A stretch of 64,000 bases of DNA from Octopus sinensis (GCF_006345805.1 NC_043006.1:1426001-1490000), one strand, 5' to 3'. Counted from the stretch's first letter, positions 1 through 14,018 are shown. A program made the numbers and translations. Notes: generated by a model not told the origin, from the sequence alone.

Positions 1-224
1 TACCTCTGTAGAAATGTAATGCTCTATGACTCACGTGGGTGGACAGGGAGAATAATAGATCTCATTCGTAGAATTTATTAACAATTAATTAATTCTACCC
101 CCTTTTTTGATGACAATATAACACTTTATCTCCAAGAATTTGAACTGCAGTTTTTACCTCTGTAGAAATGTAATGCTCTATGACTCACGTGGGTGGACAG
201 GGAGAATAATAGATCTCATTCGTA
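1..224. repeat. Exact 70-bp direct duplication (1-70 and 155-224)
   Basis: TACCTCTGTAGAAATG...GATCTCATTCGTA is identical at both positions; copy 1 may extend beyond the window edge. Confidence 0.95.
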
Positions 225-1912
225 TTTTTGGATTCGCTAGTACTGGGTGTCTGGCATGGTTTGTCCGATGTTACAGATATCGGACGGGTATGTTTGATTC
301 TTAGTATTTTCAAATCTAAATCAGAAGAAATCTCTGAGCTGATGAAGGAAAAGTGGCGTTTTACCCACAAATCCAGAAACAGACTGTCCTCGGGTATCGT
401 ATATGGATGTGATCTTTCATTGTTTTTCCCTTATACCTATGTGAGTCATTTTCTGAGTATGCATTGTCTGGAGACTTTTATTTGCAGTTGAAGAAATAGC
501 CAAACTTTTGGCTGCTATTTCTGAAAAGTTCGGTGTGTGGTAAAGTGAATTTTTTTTTACTTTACCATATTTTTATAAATTAATACTTCATATATATATA
601 TATACATATATAAATATATATATAATCATGTAAAAGTCTTTGTGATTAGGCTGACACACGCTTTTGTCTGTCATAGGTGTTAAAGCACTTCACTGTTGCA
701 TGCGAGAATAAATATAAAATAAAATAATGTACAACGTGAAGCGCTAGCAATATGGCATCAAATTCAGTTCTACAACCACAACTCTAGAAAAAAAGGAATG
801 AGTAGTGAAATGATTTTTCGTTTCTTCTGGAGGTTTTACTTTCGTTTTTATCTTTGTTTTGTTTGTTTGTTTTTGTTTTGTTTTTTCCTCATACAATGGC
901 TTAAGTAATGGAAATGACGCACTTATCGTGTAACCCTGCATCTAGTTACCATTAACCGTGTTCAAAGACTTGTATCAACAAACTAATACAGTTGATGTCG
1001 ACAATTTTCCTCAGTCTTGTAAACTCGTAACGAAACACGGCAGATAAACAATGTGTCTCCTTAATAGAGAAATCTTTTGAGAACTTTGTAACATGAAACC
1101 TGTTTCTGCAATTTTCAAATAAATAGTCGATGCTTGCGTTACTGACAAATAACCTCATATTGTAGACCGCATCTACTTGATTCAATGAAGTAGTTTGTTG
1201 AAATCAAAATCCTGTTTGGAATTCGTATATCTTTAAATAAACAATACCAACGAAATCTCTTATGAAGGAAATCGGCTTCACTTAAAAATAAGATATTTGT
1301 GAAGTAAAAGTCTGATTTCTACATAACTCATACTTGAGATACTTCAGACTTAATGTCTTCGAAATATTGATTCGGCACATACTTTCTTTTACTGGGAATC
1401 TTCTGAATTAACGTAATAATATCATTCTCTCTTTACGTTCTGTATTCAAAGTTGCCGAGGTGAACTTTGCCTTTCATCTTCCTGGGTTCAATAAAATAAA
1501 ATGGTTGTCAAGTACAGAAGTGGGGGGTCGATACGATCGACTGTATCCAGCTACAAAATGTACGACTTTGCGCCTTGGTGAGAAATCAATATTATAATTA
1601 GATATATGAGATGTGGAAATTTTATTCCTGCCAGACTCTGACGAGAGCAGCCAGTTAACTGAAATTATGAGTACTGGATTAAATGCTTTTTAATATTTAA
1701 TTACATATATTCTTGATGATCTGATTTCAAATCCCTCGTGAATCGTCTTACAATTCTTCCTTCTGAGATTAATTAATAAATGCCAGCATTGTGCTGGAGT
1801 TCATTAAAATTGATTTTATTGTTCTACGGATAGAATCTTCTTTTGTGCCCATACAGGACATAAACATATTTGAAAATATGTGTATACAGAATCATAACCA
1901 TATCTCTATTGA

Positions 1913-1920
<8 letters not shown>

Positions 1921-1971
<51 letters not shown>

Positions 1972-2280
1972 AATTATTGTATACAGTGCTCAGGTGCACC
2001 ACAACTTGTCAGAAAGTGCATATAAAGTACATGCAGTAATGTAGAAATGTCTGGAAAGCGAACAATGTATGAGTCAGATACATGCTTGCGTGTGTATGGA
2101 GGGGAGAAAATCAGGTGTAGTGTTGGCGGATCTCAGGAAGCATGGAAGTTTTGAACGATGCAGTGCTCCGACAACTAACAACCGATGCCGGCAGTTTGTT
2201 CCATGCTTCAGCAACTCTCAGTATATTCGGTCTTGGTGTGAAGTGGTGTCCTTTGGTTAAATTACGGAGCTTTTAGGTAG
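1921..2280 (-). mobile_element. CR1/L2-type LINE 3' end with (ATT)n tail
   Basis: Minus translation RVAEAWNKLPASVVSCRSTASFKTSM matches the CR1/L2 ORF2 C-terminal pattern, followed by a 3' UTR and the trinucleotide tail at 1921-1968. Confidence 0.8.
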
Positions 2281-2529
2281 CCTGGAATGCGGATCGCACC
2301 AATATGTTTGGCATTTGATAAGATACATCAGGAATCGCTTATATAAACTTCCAAATTGCCCCAAAACAAGAGTGCAATCTACTTCTTAAAAGTGTAAATA
2401 AGAACGTGGGTGACTTCCTCCATTTACACCGTGCAACATGGTTGAAAGCCGAGTATCAATACAGCGTCGGTTTTCAATATATGCTTTCGTGTGTATTCTG
2501 TGTAAGCATATGTGACTGTATGTGTTATT

Positions 2530-2657
2530 CTATTACTCTGTAACCTGTTTAGTCATTTGACTGCGGCCATGCTGAAGTACCACCTTAAAGGGTTTTTAGT
2601 CGCAGAAATAGACCCCAGGACTTATTCTTTGTAAGCCGAGTACTTATTCTGTCGATC
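2530..2657 (-). mobile_element. Family A SINE, 3' fragment
   Basis: gtcatttgactgcggccatgctg...gaccccaggacttattctttgtaagc matches the 3' half of the full copy at 13626. Confidence 0.85.
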
Positions 2658-2659
2658 TA

Positions 2660-3161
2660 TCCGGTCATACCATAAGTTCTATCCGATTTTACCCTTTTAA
2701 AAATTGAATGAAATTTAATAGTATTTTAGAAAGTCTAATGGAATTTAAAATTATTTTTATACATTTGTGTACATTTAAACTAATTAAATACTATTTTACA
2801 GAGTGATAGAATTAAAATGTCTTTGATTAAAACCCTTTTTAACATGGAAGTATCCAAAGAGCTTTAAGGTACATAATGCTTTATGAGTACAAAAAATGAA
2901 ACTCTGCAGCCGAAGTGACTCGAAACATACACTCAGTTTATGGGAAAGAATGCTTGAATGAAAGAACTTGCAGAAGATGGTTTGCAAAATTCAGACGAGG
3001 AGATTTAAGCCTTGAAGATGAAGATTGAACAGGACGTCCAGTTGAATTTGATGATAAGCTCCTTGAGGCACTACTTGAAGAAAATCCAGCATTATCAGTT
3101 GAAGAATTGGCAATAAAGCTTAGTTCAAACCATACAACTGTTCATCGTCATCTTCAGCAAC

Positions 3162-3163
<2 letters not shown>
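2660..3163 (+). mobile_element. Mariner element, 5' part (left end plus transposase HTH), truncated
   Basis: TA|TCCGGTCATACCATAAG terminus; from 2844, MEVSKE..NSAAEVTRNIHSVYGKECLNERTCRRWFAKFRRGDLSLEDED*TGRP..TVHRHL with stops and frameshift. Confidence 0.9.
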
Positions 3164-3184
<21 letters not shown>

Positions 3185-3194
<10 letters not shown>

Positions 3195-3358
3195 ACGGCC
3201 TCCTTTCAGTTTCCATCTATCAAATCCACTCACAAGGCTTTACTCGGCCCCAAGCTATAGTAAAAGACACTCGCCCAAGGTGCCACACAATGGGACTGAA
3301 CTCGGAACCATGTGGTTGAGATCCAAGCTTCTTACCATACTGCCACACCTGTACCTAT
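3185..3358 (-). mobile_element. Family A SINE, 5' half
   Basis: Reverse complement of the tRNA-like head and CCTTGGGC-AG-GTCTT region seen at 13626. Confidence 0.9.
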
Positions 3359-4321
3359 CCTGTACCTATATACATTCATATATATATATAAACAGGGATT
3401 TCTGGTATATTTTACCAATTTCTCTCGACTTGAATCCCAAAACAATACACTTTCATTGAAATTTAGACATCAAACACGTGTGGATGTGTGTGTGTATGCA
3501 TGTATATATATATACACACACATATGCGTGCGTGTGTATGTGCATACATAATTATATACATGTATACAGATGTATATAAATATATATCTGCACACGCAAG
3601 TTTATGTATGCATGTCTTCGTTTGCATCTCATTGCGTTTGTTGATCAGTCATTTTTGATTAATGTGTATGTATGCGTGGATGTCTGTATGTTTGTACTTG
3701 TGTGCATCTGTAGATAGTGCAGTCTAAACTTCCGGAACAAGTAAATTATTCGCTAATACACTTAAGGAGGCAAAGATCAAAGCTCTAATCAATGAATCTC
3801 TCTCTCTGCCTCTCTCTCTCTCTCTCTCTGCCTCTTTCATTCTCTCTCTCTCTCTCTCTCATGCCTTGATCTTCTCAAGACAGGTAGGAGCAACTCTAAC
3901 TCTTAAACAATCAAATTGTTTGACCACATCGAATCTCAATTATAATTGTAAATACGAATAAGATGAATAGGAAATCAGTGGAACTTGGATGTCCTTCACC
4001 CGGCCAGCCTGCTCTGTTGCCATCCCGCTAAGATAATACTTTATCTCCTGTTGCGAAAGATCAGTCGATTCTCTCTTCTTATTATCTTCAGAGACATCTT
4101 AAATTGTATCTTTCAATCATTCTTAGTATGAAGTGGAGCTGCTTATTTACATGTAATTATTGACTCAGAGTTCATGGTCCTCCGTAAATGAAAAATCTCG
4201 TATTTTCCTCGTTTCCAAATCCAAGATCTTTCTAGATCGGTTCGTGTTTTTATCTTCAAAATATTGCTTAACAGTTTTGGAAAGTGAATACCGAAAGATT
4301 ATTGTTTCCCAAAATCTTTTA

Positions 4322-4565
4322 TATTTTACTTGTTTCAGCCATTAGACTGCGGCCATGCTGGGGCACCACCTTGCGGAATTTTAGTCGAATCAATCGACCT
4401 TAGTACTTATTTTCTTTTTAAGCCTGGTACTTATTCTATCGGTGTCTTTTGCCAAACCGCTAAGTTACGAGGACGTAAACACACCGACACCGGTCATCAA
4501 GCGGTGACAGGGGACACAAACACGCGCGCACGCGCATGCACGCACATCTACACATATATATATGT
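4322..4565 (-). mobile_element. Family A SINE, 3' half
   Basis: ttttacttgtttcagccattagactgcggccatgctgg...gtaaacacaccgacaccggt. Confidence 0.9.
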
Positions 4566-4574
4566 ATATATAAT

Positions 4575-4595
4575 CATTATCATCATCATCATTAC

Positions 4596-4628
<33 letters not shown>

Positions 4629-6160
4629 TCAACGTCCGTTTTCCATGCTGGCATGGGTTGAACGGTTTGACTGAAAACTAGTAAGCTGTGCCAGTTTCCA
4701 CTCTGATTTGGCCTGTTTTCTAACGCCAACTACTCCAAGAGTGTAATGGACGTTTTTTATGTGCCACCGGCACGGGTGTCAGTTATGTAACACCGGCATC
4801 GGCCACGACTAAGATCCCAAAGCACGGTATACCACCAAAGGTCTCGGCCACCTGATACAGCCACCTTGAAGCCAAACGTTTGAATGGTGCTTTTTACGTA
4901 CCACCGGCACTGGCGCCAGTTACACGACACTTGCCTCGGTCACGACCACGATTTTACTTGGCTTGGTGGGTCTTCTTAAGTACGGCATATCGCCCAACAT
5001 TCGAAGGGCGTTTTTTTTTTACGTGCCAGTTACGCGACAGTGACCTCGGTCACAATTACGGCCTCACTTGGCTTGATGGGTCTTCTTAAGCACGATATAT
5101 CACCAAAAGTCTCGCTCACTTGCCATTGCCCCCGTGAGGTCCAACATTCGAAAATCATGCTTCACCACCTCGTCCCATGTCTTCCTGGGTCTACCTCTTC
5201 CACGGGTTCCCTCCACTGTTAGAGTTCGGCACTTTTTCACAGAGATGTCTTCGTCCATACACATCACATAACCATACCAGCGTGGTTGTCTCTCTTGCAC
5301 ACCACATCTGATGCCTTTCATGCCCAACTTTTCTCTCAAGACACTTACACCCTGTCGTGCATGCACGCTGACATTACACATCCGGCGAAGCATAACTAGC
5401 TTCATGTCTTCCTACGCAGGTCTTCGGCGGTCACAGCCCATGTTTCACTGCCGTGTAGCATGGTTGTTCCCACACAAGCATCATACGATCTGCCTTTCAC
5501 TGAGAGAGAAGCTCTTTGTTACCAACAGAGGTAGGAGCCCTCTGAACTTTGCCCAGCCTATTCTCATTCTAACAGCTATACTCTCAGAGCATCCACCCCC
5601 GCAACTGATTTGATCACCTAGATAATGGAAGCTATCAACTACTTCTAGTTTTCCCCACTGGCATTTGCTGGAGTCTATTTTCTGTACATTTTTAGTGTTA
5701 ATTGTACCTGTGCACCTTCCATACACAAACTATTTTCCCTGTTAACTTCCTTCTGATAATACTGCACTTCTTATGTGTCCATAGCTTACCCTGAGTACAT
5801 CTTATGGAGTTTCTACCTACGCCTTTTCTACAGACCGAGTAGGGCCTGAAGGAATTTGTGATTTGTCTGCTCTTCTGCTCACTAAGACTTTGGCTTTTGC
5901 GAGATTAACTCTAAGGCCCTTCGATTCTAGATCTTGCTTCCACGCCTGAAATTTTTTCTCTAGTTCTGGTAGTGATTCGGCTATGAGAACAAGGTCATCA
6001 GCATAGAGGAACTCCCAGAGGCAGCCCATCTTAAATTCCTCTGTTATTGCATGGAGGATGAAGAAAAGGAGGCTGAGGACCGATCCTTGGTGAACCGCTA
6101 CCTGTTCCCTAAATCCATTGGTATACTCGTTGGTAACCTTCACCTTACTGACAGTATCCC
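4575..6160 (-). mobile_element. RTE-clade LINE, 5'-truncated, with (ATG)n tail
   Basis: ORF 5817-6143 has HQGSVLS and YADD RT motifs; ORF 5100-5405 has RWYG.V...GRGRPRKTW; the 3' UTR ends in gcatggaaaacggacgttgaatgatgatg. Confidence 0.95.
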
Positions 6161-6169
6161 AGCGTGTGC

Positions 6170-6308
6170 GTGTGTATACGACGGGCTTCTTTCAGTTTCC
6201 GTCAACTAAATCCGCTCCCAAGTCTAAAGCAGAAGACACTTGCCAAGGTGCCACGAAGTGGGAGTAAACCTCCAGACCAAAACGGTTGGGAAGCAAACTT
6301 CTTACCAA
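6170..6308 (-). mobile_element. Family A SINE, 5' half
   Basis: cgacgggcttctttcagtttccgtc...aaggtgccacg...cttcttacca. Confidence 0.85.
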
Positions 6309-6699
6309 ACTTCGTTTATTGTAATCATTATTGCCCTTAATTAATCATTAATTATGATAAAAATCAGCGAGACGGGCTTTTCTGTAATGCTACTTATAGT
6401 TTATCTTACAGCTATAGCTTTAGATGAGTTAATTTCTTTTAATTATTTCATTAAGAGAAACCTTTCCAAATGTTTATATTTTTCACTTTCTTCGCCTTTA
6501 ATACACTTATTATCGACATGGTTTCTTATGGACGCCCAGCTCTAGTGTGGTCATTGAGATCTACATAGAAGCAAGCTGTCAACCATGAGGCTGTTCTGTT
6601 ATCACACACAGTGAAATAATTGAGGCAGACATGATGTAGACATGTTGTTCGTTTACTGTTATTTGCATATTGTTCTCGCTTCAAGAAATAAAATTACAA

Positions 6700-7200
6700 T
6701 CGACAGCCTTCCTTTTACGTTCAGCAAATGTGCTTATTGACGTAATTGTTTTGTCGTGAAATAGTTTAGCTCTGGGTGGAATTCGTCCCAGTATATTTCC
6801 AACAATTTATGGAGCCAATCAATGGTCTTTTTTTCTTTCATTTTTTTTTCACATTTTATAGCAATTATAGAGTCATTAAGTCCAAGGAAAATATATTTTC
6901 CCATTTCTTTCATAACTGCAACTAATAAGATTTTATTTACCATCACCGATGTTGTTTTTCTCCAGTTCTTCACCAACAATGTTGATGCCATTGTGTTCAG
7001 CCGTGTTGTAAGCAGAAATTCTCTGCACAGTGAATTAAAGTTTGAAATAAATATCGATAAAAGTTTCATTCAATGAGAGCGATCGAAAGAAAAAGACAGT
7101 TATTTAGCAGAGCTGATAGATTGTACATTAATGGTAGTCATCGAAAACTTGATGACTAGTCTCTTACGCCGAGCATACATCTGTTCACGCCTAATGTCAC
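6700..7200 (-). pseudogene. Best-preserved exon remnant of the RNF213-like pseudogene
   Basis: Strong acceptor ttttcttttttttatttttatatgtatgcag|G at 7201/7200; frames GDIRREQMY..., FTVQRISAYNT..., and the 111-aa ORF 6734-7069 ending HPELNYFTTKQLRQ; frameshifts between blocks. Confidence 0.6.
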
Positions 7201-7282
7201 CTGCATACATATAAAAATAAAAAAAGAAAACAACAGTATTAGGCACGGCAAAAATATTACTTATTACTTACAGTAGTTTTAC

Positions 7283-7317
<35 letters not shown>

Positions 7318-7379
7318 GATATATATATTATATACATATTATATATATATATATAGATATAGATATATATATTATATAC

Positions 7380-7459
<80 letters not shown>

Positions 7460-7510
7460 GTATGTATGTATGTATGTATTTATGTGTGTGTGTATATATA
7501 TATATATATA
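7283..7510. repeat. (TA)n/(TATG)n microsatellite
   Basis: Directly visible. Confidence 0.98.
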
Positions 7511-7889
7511 CGATATGCAGTAAATGTTACTACAAAACAATACAGAAATATTATGTAGATTATCCTAGGGTTTACATACATATCATACAGACATCGACAC
7601 TACTGAGGAATGCACAAACATGTAGAATACAAAATAATTTATTCATTGAGCAGCGGTCATGATGTCGGCATTTTGATACCCGGCGCGAATCCTCGTAATT
7701 CACGTAACGCTTCCCCAATATACAGATTTTCTTCTCGTCTTCTTACGTCAGCTAACATTGGGTGTGTCTCCAGCGTGTGTCTTTCGGTGTGTTACCAGTG
7801 AGAGTAACGTCATGCCGCCCTACATCTTTGAACTTACGCTCGATTCAGACGACTATGTAAGCTGCTGAAGATGGAGAGGCTATGGTAGG

Positions 7890-8302
7890 ATTCAACTCCT
7901 TGCCATAAATGGTTGTCGTAGAATTTCTATGACTTCACCAATCCCAATTTCTGGCCTCCTAATTCGTGCGATGATAATCCCGTGGATTACTATGCATGAG
8001 ACGCAGACGAGGACGATACCAGCCACTCTACCTGCAACGCCAAGACCGAGCTGGTGGCCAGAATCAAGGAGGTATTCAAAGATCGTCTTCGGGACACAAT
8101 GAGGAAAACTGCACCAGGTTTCAGAGCCGTCTTGAAGCCGAAGTGGAAGAGAAGGGCGGCTACTTTGAGTAAATTACCTACGAGTCATAATCTGGATGAT
8201 ATTTTTATATATTTTAAAATACTTTAGTTTTGGGGTGGGATATTGTGTTCTCTTTTCCTTTTTTAGCAAACTGACATGTTTAGCCCAAACTCCTTGGATT
8301 AT
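7890..8302 (+). mobile_element. Tc1/mariner (maT/DD37D-like) transposase C-terminus and right end
   Basis: PNFWPPNSCDDNPVDYYA*...KTELVARIKEVF...RFQSRLEAEVEEKGGYFE*; resembles the WPPNSPDxNPLDY motif. Confidence 0.75.
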
Positions 8303-8764
8303 ACTTATACATGTGCACGGGCGTAAAATGCATTTATGAATATGCATGTCTTTCAATCCATTTCCATGAGTCTGAGATTTTGTTCTAATGTATTTTGCAT
8401 TTTCTTTGCATGTGTTGAATATCAGTGACAACACCACCGTTTTACACCAACCCCCGTAAAATTCGTCCAGAAAACTATGAGAACGAACACAGTTTTTATA
8501 AAAATTACGAGTTTTATATAACAAAACAAATTGTCAGTCACTTCTCAGTAAAAATGTGTAAACTCACATTTAATAAAAGGAAACTTGATCACCGAGTTCG
8601 AAATGCGTGACTTCCCTTCGATTAGAAGATTTGCACTAAGGTTCTTTGGTTTCAGGACAACCTTGTTCAGCCGATATGTCTCTATTATGAACTCGAGGGC
8701 TTCAAGGTACCGCTGACTTCCTTACCACACTTCTATAAGTGTATATTTTTCCATGTATACTTCT

Positions 8765-9145
8765 ATGTTCTATGCTTTTGAAATGTGGTGTTACCGCAGA
8801 ACCCTTAGAGTGTCGTGGACGGAGAGAAGGACGAACAACTGGGTACTAGAAAAGCTCGGTTGCGAGATGACGCTTCGGCGAAAGATCATGAAGCAGAAGC
8901 TGCGGTTCTTTGGCCACGTCATGCACCGAGATGGACTTGATCGAACGATCGTAACTGGCAAGGTGGACGGCAGACGTAAAAGAGGCAGACCACCACCACT
9001 TCTTGGCTGAAGGACATTGCAGCCACAGGATTGTCTTTATTCTCAGCTGTCCTTGAGGGTGGAGGACAGGAGAAGGTGGCAAGACATCGTGATGACCACA
9101 GCATCGCAGAGTGCGACACCTGACCAGGATGATGATGATGATGAC
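8765..9145 (+). mobile_element. RTE/BovB-like LINE 3' end with (GAT)n tail
   Basis: AFEMWCYRRTLRVSWTERRTN..KLRFFGHVM..GKVDGRRKRGRP. Confidence 0.92.
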
Positions 9146-9356
9146 TTCTATGTATGTCTGTGGGCATGTGAGGGGGGGGGGTGAATACATCTTTAATGGC
9201 ATTCGCTGAATCGTCTTTGTTTCAATACATGCCACTAGTCATGCAATTATTTGTCTTGGTACGTTTTCGTGATATATGTATATGCATAAGGACAGACTCG
9301 TTACCCCGCCAGATAAAATGCCTAGCAACCTTTCATCCGGCTCTTTACATACATGC

Positions 9357-9392
<36 letters not shown>

Positions 9393-9424
9393 GGTCAAAC
9401 AGGCCGGCAGGCAGATAGATAGAC

Positions 9425-9547
9425 AATAGCCCGCGGCTATTGTAGAAGACACGTGCTCAAGTGTCTAAGGTGTCGCGTTGTAGGGCTGAACCCGAAACTA
9501 CGTAGTTGCAAAGCGAGCTTCTTCGCCACACAGCCACGCCTGCGCCT
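9425..9547 (-). mobile_element. Family A SINE head, next to (CAGA)n at 9358-9393
   Basis: gccacacagccacgcctgcgcct is the reverse complement of the family A 5' end. Confidence 0.85.
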
Positions 9548-9552
9548 GTACT

Positions 9553-10335
<783 letters not shown>

Positions 10336-10896
10336 GTGTACAAAAATAGATAAAACCACAGGCACAGCTACAGAACTGTATGGAGCACCACTCATTAGAT
10401 GTAATTTTTTTATATTGCTATTAGTACCAGAAACATGTGATGTAGATATTTCTCTCTAATCACGAAGGAAAGTAATTAAATAAAACAACGAACAAACAGC
10501 GACTTCGTACATTCATTCGGTTAAAATTAAGAAGTGGGAGAACGAGTTAGGTAGTTGCAAATTACTTGCAATTTCCTAAATTACATCTAATGCCCTTCAG
10601 ATAGCACAGCATCTAGTGTAGAATGTAATCAAAGCATCACAATAATTTAAGCATCTTCTTTATACAAAGAAGAGGGAAAAAAGTATTAATTCCATCGTTC
10701 TATTTCACTGCTATTACCGCGATTTCTTTTCCAGTGTAATATGTCGTAATGTCATATTTTTTTTCCTTCTCCATCGTTAATGTTCATTGCACTAATGCTA
10801 AGAGTAGTTTCGTTTGTTCTTTATTTAGTTTGCTGGTGATGCTGATCAGGCTATCTTTTATCTTTTATTTTATTTCTTCATCTGACTTAACTGCAG

Positions 10897-10899
<3 letters not shown>

Positions 10900-10956
<57 letters not shown>
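10900..10956. repeat. (GA)n microsatellite
   Basis: Directly visible. Confidence 0.98.
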
Positions 10957-10957
<1 letters not shown>

Positions 10958-11202
10958 GTTAAATATTTGTACACTCCATTCAACAATATATTATGCACCC
11001 ACTTTACTATTCTCGCTGTTCTGCACACGTGATTACTTGTAACTGTAAGTGAATCGAACGTCTGATTTTGATGGTAGGAGCACCACTGAAGACTTTGAAT
11101 ACATAATGTAGCCATACTCTTGCTACTATAAAATGCAGCAGCAAGAGTACAGCAATAGCATGATTCCACCTCGATGTCTCGCCAGACCAATAAACACGAT
11201 TT
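10957..11202 (-). pseudogene. Exon remnant of the RNF213-like pseudogene, interrupted by a (GA)n tract
   Basis: Acceptor ttcatag|AAA at 11203/11202; open frame KSCLLVWRDIEVESCYCCTLAAAFY...NILLNGVYKY (ORF track 10870-11190). Confidence 0.5.
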
Positions 11203-11293
11203 CTATGAACATAATATATATTTTTTTAATGTAATTTTAAAGCACCAAATCAATGATTTTTTTCTTTTTATTAAACACCATTATTCTCCTAGC

Positions 11294-11926
11294 TGTTAAA
11301 GGTAATGGTTTTGAACCAGAGCATTAATGACTCTTTGAGGGCGTTGTAAGTTCTTAATAGGGTGGTAAATGCCAAGGGTTGACGCTAGGAGCAGTACTGT
11401 ATGTTTAGAGAGGTGTTAGAAATAAGATATTTGAACCAAATATCTTTTATCTTTTACTTGTTGCAGTCATTGGATTGCAACCATGCTGGGACACCTGCTT
11501 GAAGATTAGGTCTAAAGGAACACACACGCACACACCCACATATATATATATACATGTAACACAGTACCTTCTCTTTTTCTGTTACTTTGGTCGTATAAAT
11601 CTAACATATTCCCACAAACTTCCCCGTATGAAAGACCCTGTAAACGGTAATTGAATTAAACAATGAGATATACATTTGTTTCGTTTCTACAGTCTATTCT
11701 CCGAGGTGTTAAAGGCGATGATTCAGAACCAGAGCATCAATTGCATCTTTGAGGGCGTTATAAGTTCTTAATAGGGTGGTAAATGTAAATGCCAAGGGTT
11801 GACGCTAGGGGCAGTACTGTATGTTTAGAGAGGTGTTAGAAATAAGATATTTGAACCAAATATTTTTCTATCTTTTACTTGTTGCAGTCATTGGATTGCG
11901 GCCATGCTGGGGCACCTGCTTGAAGA
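11294..11926. repeat. Local direct duplication of about 215 bp (11294-11505 and 11707-11926), including a SINE A 3' tip and its unique flank
   Basis: Shared tgttaaagg...gagggcgtt.taagttcttaatagggtggtaaatg...cacctgcttgaaga with scattered differences. Confidence 0.9.
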
Positions 11927-12075
11927 ATTTTATGTCGAATGAATCGACCCCAGTACTTTTTTAATTATAATACTTACTCTATCGTTCTCTTTGATCGAAC
12001 TGCTAAATTATGAGGATGTAAACACACCAACACCGGTTGTTAAGTGGTAGTGGGACACACTCACACAGACGTGTG

Positions 12076-12124
<49 letters not shown>

Positions 12125-12259
12125 CGGTCTTCAGTTTCCGCTCACCAAATCCACTCACAAGGCTTTGGTCGACCCGATACATGCCCAAGGTGCTGCGCTG
12201 TGGGACTGAACCCAAAACCATGTGGTTGGCAAGCAAGCTTCTTATCGCACAGTCACGCC
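11872..12259 (-). mobile_element. Family A SINE, full length
   Basis: Both halves present with a central (TG)n. Confidence 0.92.
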
Positions 12260-13625
12260 TGACTTTTATTTTAAACACATTTCTAAAAAAAAATTTGTTG
12301 AAATTAAAATTGGAATAGAATATTGTTATTGATGACTAGAAATAAAGGCGATGGTGCGTTAAGCTCTAATATAAGTTCGCTTTCTTTAGTAATTTATATA
12401 AAAATGTGACACGGGGTCACTTGTCTGCGTAAATATCTGAAAGAAAACGCGGGCTAGATGGAAGCTTCTTCGTAGTCGCTCAACATTCCAGAAAGAGCAG
12501 TGAAATATTCCTCAAAGCACACTTTTATTTACTTTTTTAAATAAGGTCACATGGCAAAATGTTATCTTAGATATTCAAAAAAATATTTAAAAGATGGAAT
12601 GGCCGCAGTGCCGCGATTGGAACGCCATTAAATCAGTGATTCGTTCGATTAGAACTGACCTGAAACTTAACAAAAGCTTCGCAGTTAAGAACTCGAAACG
12701 ACTGCACGGTGCCTCAAGCGTTTTCCCTTGTTGCTTGGGGCAATCACGTTTCAATGAGGAAGTGTTTATATGGTGCATACAGTCACCTGATCGGCAAGAA
12801 ATACCAGTTAAATCGTCCTCAAACTACAACTTATTGTCTTATAAAAGGACAATATTGAATAACGTCGTCTCGGTTTTATTTGTCTTGGACCCTCAACTTC
12901 CAATGGAATCGTAGAGGCACCGACATAACATTTTCTCCATCTGTTGCAATTGTGTACCATAGCTCGGTGGTCTCAACCATTTGCCAGTTCATTCCTTGGC
13001 GACAGCCCATCTTCTCTCCGATCTACTTCTCCCACCTCCTCCTCCTCCCCATCATAGTTCCTTGAAGAATGATTTTTGCAAGAACACTGTATTTTGTTGC
13101 AGATACATACCGTACGATAATGATGAACAGGGTACACAATTCCAGGAGAAAAGAAGGTATAATCACAACAAAAAAGTCTTTTACAGTTCTCGTTGAGGCT
13201 ACATCGAAGAGGCCAGGGAACAGAAGAAAGAAGAAGAAGACGTGCACTCAACACCAGAGCTAAAGACACCTCCGAAAGAGGGTGGCCCCGCCACGTCAAA
13301 ACAGTAGAGGAGTAGGGGCCGAAACCGGACGTGGTTCCTCCTGCTGATGTCTTGAGCCAACTGGATCCTATAAAGGAGCTGTTGTGGTAGCAGACCGCTA
13401 AACACAGTTGAAATTCCTACAGAGATCAACAGAAAGACTTTTGATCAATGGTCAGTTTGCTCTATCGCGGTTGACTTGGAGCAAACGAACTATTGAAAGA
13501 ATCAGAACGTAGGTCGCTTTATTTATGAGAGATAGAAACCCTCAATTTGCTCTTCACTATCCTTAAAAAAAAGAATAGATACATTGAACAATGCAGTATT
13601 AGTTATAAAATATTTATAAAATATA

Positions 13626-14018
13626 GGCGCAGGAGTGGCTGTATGGTAAGTAGCTTGCTTGCCAACCACATTGTTCCGGGTTCAGTCCCACTACGTGGCA
13701 CCTTAGGCAAGTGTCTTCAACAAAGCCTCGGGCCGACCAAAGCCTTGTGAGTGGATTTTGTAGACGGAAACTGGAAGAAGCCCGTCATATATATGTATAT
13801 ATATGTGTGTGCATATGTTTGTGTGTCTGTGTTTGTCCCCCCAACATCGCTTGACAACCGATGTTGGTGTGTTTACGTTCCCGTCACTTAGCGGTTCGAC
13901 AAAAGGACCGATAGAATGAGTACTAGGCTTGCAAAGAATAAGTCCTGGGGTTGATTTGCTCGACTAAAGGCGGTGCTCCAGCATGGCCACGGTCAAATGA
14001 CTGAAACGAGTAAAAGAG
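13626..14018 (+). mobile_element. Family A SINE, full-length reference copy (tRNA-derived head, CORE-like CCTT.GGCAAG, central TA/TG microsatellite)
   Basis: GGCGCAGGAGTGGCTGTATGGTAAG A-box-like, GGGTTCAGTCCC B-box-like, 3' end CTGAAACGAGTAAAAGAG; about 15 copies or fragments in the window; resembles described Octopus tRNA-SINEs (from recall). Confidence 0.93.

Noticed and set aside
12970-13440. Overlapping ORFs in a GC-richer block
   Set aside because: No recognisable domain or element ends; probably a repeat remnant, left unassigned.
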